NCBI GenBank assembly: GCA_032718475.1
Contig: JAUCBJ010000557.1
Span: 1-45,439 of the forward strand
From: Nemertoderma westbladi
Lineage: Eukaryota; Animalia; Xenacoelomorpha
Reading direction: 5' to 3'
Length of the DNA stretch: 45,439 nt
Made by a program: the position numbers and the translations under genes. The notes beneath the pieces were generated by a model, which was not told the origin of the DNA, made no database searches, and saw nothing but the letters and a program-made list of their open reading frames with translations. The first letter of the stretch is position 1, and the number at the start of each line of letters is the position of its first letter. Of this stretch, positions 38,816-45,439 are shown one piece after another.

Positions 38816-40588
38816 TAGTGTTGCAATGGGATAGGGATTGCAACTGTCGGGATCCCGATTTTCGGAATTCGGGATCGGGATTTTAAATTTTATTGCGGCC
38901 ATAGTCCGCCATACTCACTCACCCAAGACTTAAAATAGCTATCCGTCCTGCCCTCTTTATAGGATTAAAAAACCCTCGAGAAATCTCATATACTCAAAAT
39001 TGCTTAGATATGTAATAATGTCCACAGACTTTTTTTAATGGGTTAAAAACGTAGTTTATTCCCCACGAACGTATTTCGTTTCACATAGGTTTTTAATATA
39101 ATCTCTGCAACTGCAGTCTGACAAAATCGTTGCCACATAAAAACGTTTATCATATTCAATAAAAAGCAACAAGCGCTGTTTCTTTTCTATTATTTATAAT
39201 AAAGACATTCATGTACATATATTTAATAAATTTAATGAATGAAATTCAGAAATCAGTTATAAATCATTTAAATCAATCATTCCTTCATCAATCATTAGGG
39301 ATGTAAGTTTTCCGGAAATACGTTTTGTCTAGGAAAGTTGTGGAAAAGTATAAGAGGTATTAAATTGTGAAAGATTTAAAATTGAAAATGTATTAATTTC
39401 GATATAAGTTCAATATAACAGTTAATAAGAAAATTTAGTTAATAAGGATAAGGAATCTAGTTAATAAGGACAAGGAATCTAGTTAATAAGGATAAGGAAT
39501 CTAGTTAATAAGGATAAGGAATCTAGTTAATAAGGATAAGGAATCTAGTTAATAAGGATACGGAATCTAGTTAATAAGGATAAGGAATCTAGTTAATAAG
39601 GATAAGGAGTCTAGTTAATAAGGATAAGGAATCTAGTTAATAAGGATAAGGAATCTAGTTAATAAGGATAAGGAATCTAGTTAATAAGGATAAGGAATCT
39701 AGTTAATAAGGATAAGGAATCTAGTTAATAAGGATAAGGAATCTAGTTAATAAGGATAAGGAATCTAGTTAATAAGGATAAGGAATCTAGTTAATAAGGA
39801 TAAGGAATCTAGTTAATAAGGATAAGGAATCTAGTTAATAAGGATAAGGAATCTAGTTAATAAGGATAAGGAATCTAGTTAATAAGGATAAGGAATCTAG
39901 TTAATAAGGATAAGGAATCTAGTTAATAAGGATAAGGAATCTAGTTAATAAGGATAAGGAATCTAGTTAATAAGGATAAGGAATCTAGTTAATAAGGATA
40001 AGGAATCTAGTTAATAAGGATAAGGAATCTAGTTAATAAGGATAAGGAATCTAGTTAATAAGGATAAGGAATCTAGTTAATAAGGATAAGGAATCTAGTT
40101 AATAAGGATAAGGAATCTAGTTAATAAGGATAAGGAATCTAGTTAATAAGGATAAGGAATCTAGTTAATAAGGATAAGGAATCTAGTTAATAAGGAAATT
40201 GACATAACACAACGTCACAATATTTTTTTTAGTTCAAATCTTATTATTACTAGTTTATGTAATTAACGAGGATATTTCTGCAAATATTTACTATCAAAAG
40301 TAAACTTTATATAATAAATTAATAAAATATAAAATTTTCAAAAAATGTCTAGGAACTTTCCTTACAATTCCTGCTCACATTAACCACCTTATACAATCAT
40401 CCAATGAAAATCCTCCAAATTGTTTGTTTTTGTTATTGACAAAAATTGTACATTTTTATACAATTTTACAAATTTTAAGCTGCAGGGCACATAAATTCAG
40501 ATATAGAAAATACCGATATTTAACCATCGGGATCGGGATTTTCCATCGGGATCCCGATTTTCGGGATCGGGATCCCGTTGCAACACTA
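38816..40588. mobile_element. Non-autonomous hAT-like element filling most of COG6 intron 1
   Basis: TIRs TAGTGTTGCAA / TTGCAACACTA; subterminal tcgggatcccga repeats; 8-bp flanks atatgtat / atatatag match at 6/8. Confidence 0.75.
39437..40196. repeat. Highly homogeneous 22-bp minisatellite GTTAATAAGGATAAGGAATCTA, about 34 copies
   Basis: Directly visible; only a few substitutions, all near the left end. Confidence 0.97.
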
Positions 40589-40846
40589 ATATATAGCTGA
40601 CCAAATTCCCATATTCCAAAAAGTGGTGGAAAATAAATTTCTATAATACAAGCCAAACAAAAGGTAGAGTAGTGGAGAATGAAAATCAAAATAGAGCTGA
40701 TGAAAGATGATAGATAAAGCTGATAGTATTCTTTTGCCTCCTACAGTGGTTATCCAGTTAACATCTGAACATGAATGAAAATAAAATAAAAACAACATAA
40801 AACTGGAAAAGAGAAACAGGGGAACGTAGATAGGTTGACAACTAAC

Positions 40847-41326
40847 CTCTTCGCTACTCAACTGAAACTTCTTCAGGAATTCGTTGACCACTTTGTACCG
40901 GAGTTCTATGGTTTGGGTTTCTTTCTGCAACTCCGATGACTTATCTATTAGCTCGCTAGTTTCTCTCTTCGTCGCTTCCAGCCGGGATCTCATCGCACGA
41001 CAACATCTCGCGATCACATCCACATTCTCGCTCAGCGTGTCCACCTGCTCTTTAACGCGGGAGAATGAATCTATGACGTCGCGATTTATCGCGAGACTCC
41101 GGTGCTCGATGTGGGTGCGGAGATTACGCCGGTTCGTTAGGTTGTTTTCCGTAAAGAAACCTCCCAGAGCCGTCAGCGCTTCCAACATATCCTTGTCATC
41201 TTCCAGTCGAGTTTCTAATATTTTTTTAACTTTCCTCGTCAGGGGGTTTGTTGTACTGACACTGCTGTCTATCTTCTTTATCGTACCGACACCACCGGAA
41301 GGCGCTAATGTTTCTAATGACGTCAT
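40847..41326 (-). CDS. COG6: COG6 exon 1 (spliced product about 641 aa)
   Basis: NPLTRKVKKILETRLEDDKDMLEAL..ENNLTNRRNLR; donor GAG|GTTAGT. Exons of 480+349+212+885 nt give a continuous frame. Confidence 0.93.
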
Positions 41327-42909
41327 TGAAGTTGTTCGTATTCACTTATTCAGTCTGTCAGTACCGTCAGACCGTAAGTAAGTACAGTATAGTCTGTCGG
41401 TATACTGGTATACGCACAACAAACAAACATCGACAGTACAGGAGTAGGCCTACAGCCTCGAATTACCGGTAAGCCTACCGCTGTGCGCTGTACGCCTGTA
41501 CCGTACTGGTACGACACTACACAGGCAAACGGTAGGTCTATCCCTAAACTAAACTAAACTACTGAACTAACCAAACTAAACTCAGAAACTGCACTTGTAA
41601 TAAAGGGAAAATGTGAAATGTATACCGGTAAACTGTTAGACTTAAAGCTAGGAACACCGACCTGACACTGACAGCAGCAGCAGGCAGCAGGACTCTGTCA
41701 CTGTCATGTACCGTGATTTTATGAGTTAATCGCATTCGATCGATTATTCGATCAGTTATTGATCAAAATCCCCTTAAGACGGCGCGTCGTTCCATTTTAA
41801 CGTTTAGACCATGGACGCGTACGGTACCCATAATTAAGAGAAGCCCATAATTACTACATACAAAGCACACAAAGCTAACTTAAGAACATATTACAACTAA
41901 GCCGGTTTATCATGACGCTATGTCTAACATGACGTTCTATAACTAATATTATAGAGCCGAGCGCCATGATGTCTAAGCATGTTTATTACATGATCATTAA
42001 AACATGCCACATAGCATATACCACTTTTTTACGGTATACAAACTTCTTGCTAAGGTTACTGTATAAAACACTTTGTTAATTTATACAAACCGAAATCACT
42101 ATTATATTACGGTTACAATATGTATTTAGTTGTTGATTTTCGATAATCTTTTGAACTCGTTCCCGGATCAACAGCTCTCAAAATTATGTTTATAAAACGA
42201 AACCTTTTTGTTTTGTTAAAGGATTTATTATATAGTAAAACAATAAGTATATTTGACTGACTTCAATTATCGAAAAGCATTATAAAGCAACTGCGCGGTA
42301 TTTATTATATTTATAGCAGATCTCACTTATTTACTTTGTGTCATATGCTGTACTACAATAGCCATCACCATTCGCTTTCTGTTCTACGCTGATGAACTGA
42401 CAAACTATTCTAAAAATACATTTGACAATCAACGTTCTTTAAATTTGTTACACAAATAGAGTGTAGTGTAATATTAATCGAATTGAGGTAAATATGGTGA
42501 AAACTAAAATGATTACATTTAGAAAAGGAAAACAGTTATCCCAATTTAATAGATTCACAACAGCTACTTCAGTACTGTAGGCCTACTGTAATGCAACAAT
42601 ACCCACGCGCTTTCACCGACAAACTCAACCAATACTGTGCTCACACACAGGAGTGAACTAACAACTTATAGCCGAAAAATTTACAGCAGGACGTGCTTGC
42701 ATAAATCCGAAAAATAAATTATAAACGGAGCTTTCATTTTAATATATTTTTTCACTAATGAATTTAATTATTGTGCCTGTGCGCCTGCAATATTGGCTAC
42801 CCCTACGAATTCCCTCGTGGGAATTAATCTATAACAATTAATAATAATTATTAAAAGCTCTAAAAAAGGGTATCTACAATTAACCACAGTTTTGTCTAGC
42901 AATCGCTTG

Positions 42910-43044
42910 TTATTTCACGACATACCCATCTTTGTGCTTTCCTTGGTCTATCAGTTATTTCACGACATACCCATCTTTGTGCTTTCCTTGGTCTATCAGT
43001 TATTTCACGACATACCCATCTTTGTGCTTTCCTTGGTCTATCAG
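42910..43044 (-). repeat. Exact 45-bp triplication of the ENOSF1 C-terminus and stop codon
   Basis: ttatttcacgacatacccatctttgtgctttccttggtctatcag occurs three times in tandem. Confidence 0.97.
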
Positions 43045-44174
43045 TTGTTTCCAAACGCTCCCAGTTGGATATTCGTAGTGGGATAAACTCCTATCCATAA
43101 TCTGGGTGTACCCAGACCGCTGAGGTAAGTAGTAAACACCACCCCTCACCTGCGGGGGCTCGATAAAATGTTGGTGTAAATGATCGGCATATTCGCAGAC
43201 ACGGCCTTCAGTGGTCGTAGCGAATAAGAGATAATCGATAGCAATGATGTGTTGAACTAATTCGCACAGACCCACACCTCCAGCATGGGGACAGACACGA
43301 ACACCTAACTTAGCAGCCATTAGCAGCACCGCTAACACTTCATTCAGACCACCCAACCTGCACGAATCAATCTGGCATATATCCATAGCGCCATCTACCA
43401 TAAATTGTTTGAACATGACCCGATTTTGGCAGTGCTCCCCTGTAGCCACTAGTATATCCAAGGGTTTCATTGCTTCTTTTATCCGACGATGACCAATCAC
43501 ATCGTCGGGAGACGTAGGTTCCTCAATCCACACGAGATTCAAACCATCCAATTGACACATATATTCGATAGCCTCATTGACACTCCATCGTTGATTAGCA
43601 TCAACCATTACATCAACATCAGGACCGACAATCTCCCTAACTAACTCCAAACGACGTCTATCTTCCTTCGCGTTCCGACCAACTTTAACCTTAAACTTTC
43701 TCCAACCGTCGGCGAGACTTTCTTTCAGAAGATGTTCAATTTGCTCGTTTGTGTAACCATACCAACCTGCGGACGTTATGTAAGCGGGATAACCATGACG
43801 ACGTAGATTATCTAAACGTTTCGGCGCCGTTTCGCTCGCATTTTGTAACATAATCAGCGCCTCTTCCGGAGTCACCACGTCCGTTATGTAGGTAAAGTCT
43901 ACGAGACTAACTATTTGTTCTGGGGTTAGTTCGCTAACTAGCTGCCACACCGGTTTCTCTTCTAGTTTACCCCACAGATCCCATAACGCGTTCAGAACTG
44001 CGGCCAACGCCAAGTGAGTTACTCCCTTCTCGGGGCCCAACCATCGCAGTTGCGTCTCATTGGCTAATTCATGATAGAATTCACCGAATCGACGGTAGAT
44101 GTCGTTGGTATTTTTGTTGCAAACTAAGGGCAAGAAAGCTTCGACTGCTGCAACTACTATGTCTGTTCCACGAC
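43000..44174 (-). CDS. ENOSF1: Enolase superfamily member 1 (rTS / L-fuconate dehydratase), exon 2
   Basis: Acceptor tttcag|GT; QLRWLGPEKGV, FKVKVG, MVDANQRW, WIEEPTSPDD, ATGEH, CPHAGGVGLCE. Confidence 0.95.
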
Positions 44175-44507
44175 CTGAAAATTAGAAACAATTAATTCAT
44201 AATAGAAAGCAAAGGTGTCACTGTCACTGTCACAGTCACTGTCACTCGATCTATCTATCTATCTATCTATATTTCTCATTTTAAAATTGCAGACTTTAAG
44301 TTTCTCATTATTATATTAATGAGCAACTCATCAGCAATAATCAATGACCTGAAACCTAAAAAGAGGCTTCCTGAACTGTTAGATCCTCTATACAGTATCC
44401 AACTGTAAATTAAATATTCGAAAATATGCCAGTAACATTTCAGACATTGACTTGACAATAATACAGTAGACTCATCATTGAAACAATTTATATACAATTT
44501 AACTTAC

Positions 44508-44682
44508 CAATAGTGAAAGTAAACCCGTGGCCTTCCAGTCCCCTCTGGTGGTCGGTTTTAAGAACGAGATATGCGCATGAGTAATCGGGATCTGTGTGCA
44601 TGGCGTCGGAGCCGTGATTCTCAAGGGACGTCGGGAACCGGACATCTCTAACCAGTCCGGAAGTTATAGTACAGTGCGCCAT
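44508..44682 (-). CDS. ENOSF1: ENOSF1 exon 1 (spliced product about 449 aa)
   Basis: DVRFPTSL..HGSDAMHTDPDYSCAY..GFTFTIG; donor TTG|GTAAGT, phase 1, joining to GRGTDIV. Confidence 0.95.
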
Positions 44683-44834
44683 GTAATTAATTAATAAGAT
44701 ATACAGTATAGACTCGGGCTAGTACAGTAGCTAATCTCTGTAGCCCAAGAAACTGTTAGCTGGTGGCTCAAGGTTCTGACACGCCCCACAAACACACGCA
44801 TTAGTAATTGCAATATGATAATTGTAGATCAACT

Positions 44835-45012
44835 CTTTCGTTCGAGCAGCGCAGTGGAAAGTGTACAGTACTTTATTTACACGGACAGACGGGAGTGAGA
44901 CCTGGACATTGACGAAACCACTAATTGATGGTTGTTACACAAGACTACAAGCAGTTCTTCTTGAGAAAAAGAAAATTGTGACAACCATGGATAATTGCGA
45001 AGCCTGGAAGGC
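44835..45012 (+). mobile_element. Heavily deleted RTE-like fragment upstream of ENOSF1
   Basis: GSETWTLTK..IDGCYTRL is fused to TMDNCEAWK, matching separate parts of the other RTE copies. Confidence 0.65.
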
Positions 45013-45439
45013 CAGGCTTACTGGATCAAGTACTGGAAATAGTAACTGTAATCGTTGTTAGACTACTGTACAGTTTTTGGCTGAAAATTCTTTACAAATG
45101 AAGTATTAATAAAAATAACCACAACTTGGCAGCCAGAGTTTATAAAGTCTGATTCACTGTAAATATTATATTGTACAATTACTATGATACTAAATGTTTG
45201 ATGTTGATAACAAGTAGGCCTATCTCGTGTTTGTTGAACACACAAGATTTTAATAACACTTGTATCAGTTTGTTAAGATTAATTAAATACTCACTCATGT
45301 ATGAACAACAATACTAACTCAGGAAATCTTATAAACTTTGTCAATAAAGTTCATAGATAAATTTCAAACTAAAGGTTCAATTTAAAACTTATTACAATAA
45401 TTCTACAAAGAATTTAGTCATAATGTTTGGGAATTGATG

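Noticed and set aside
43000-44682. Bacterial horizontal transfer of fuconate dehydratase
   Set aside because: ENOSF1 is an established animal gene with close bacterial homologues and here has a canonical intron; a phylogeny would be needed to argue otherwise.
1-45439. tRNA, rRNA, snRNA or SL RNA genes
   Set aside because: None recognisable by eye; an Infernal/Rfam scan would be needed to exclude them.

Overview
Eukaryotic, most likely invertebrate animal, genomic DNA; nothing prokaryotic is visible. It holds five recognisable housekeeping genes, all with few introns: POP7/Rpp20 (+, 1 coding exon) followed 261 bp later by mitochondrial seryl-tRNA synthetase SARS2 (+, 1 exon), TMEM165/GDT1 (+, 2 exons), COG6 (-, 4 exons) and ENOSF1 (-, 2 exons). 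The rest is RTE-type LINE fragments, non-autonomous DNA elements (piggyBac-, Mutator-, hAT-like and foldback) and many unrelated 22-45 bp tandem arrays. The most unusual observations are: (i) the COG6 exon-2 splice donor amplified into a ~950 bp array of consensus 5' splice sites; (ii) the ENOSF1 stop-codon region triplicated; (iii) POP7-SARS2 spaced like a dicistronic or trans-spliced unit; (iv) transposon-like relic ORFs ending in acidic FxGF motifs resembling LEDGF/TND-binding motifs; (v) an 8.6 kb 35-bp satellite that may derive from a transposon-end junction. Gene calls come from recalled motifs and manual splice reading, not database searches; copy numbers are estimates.
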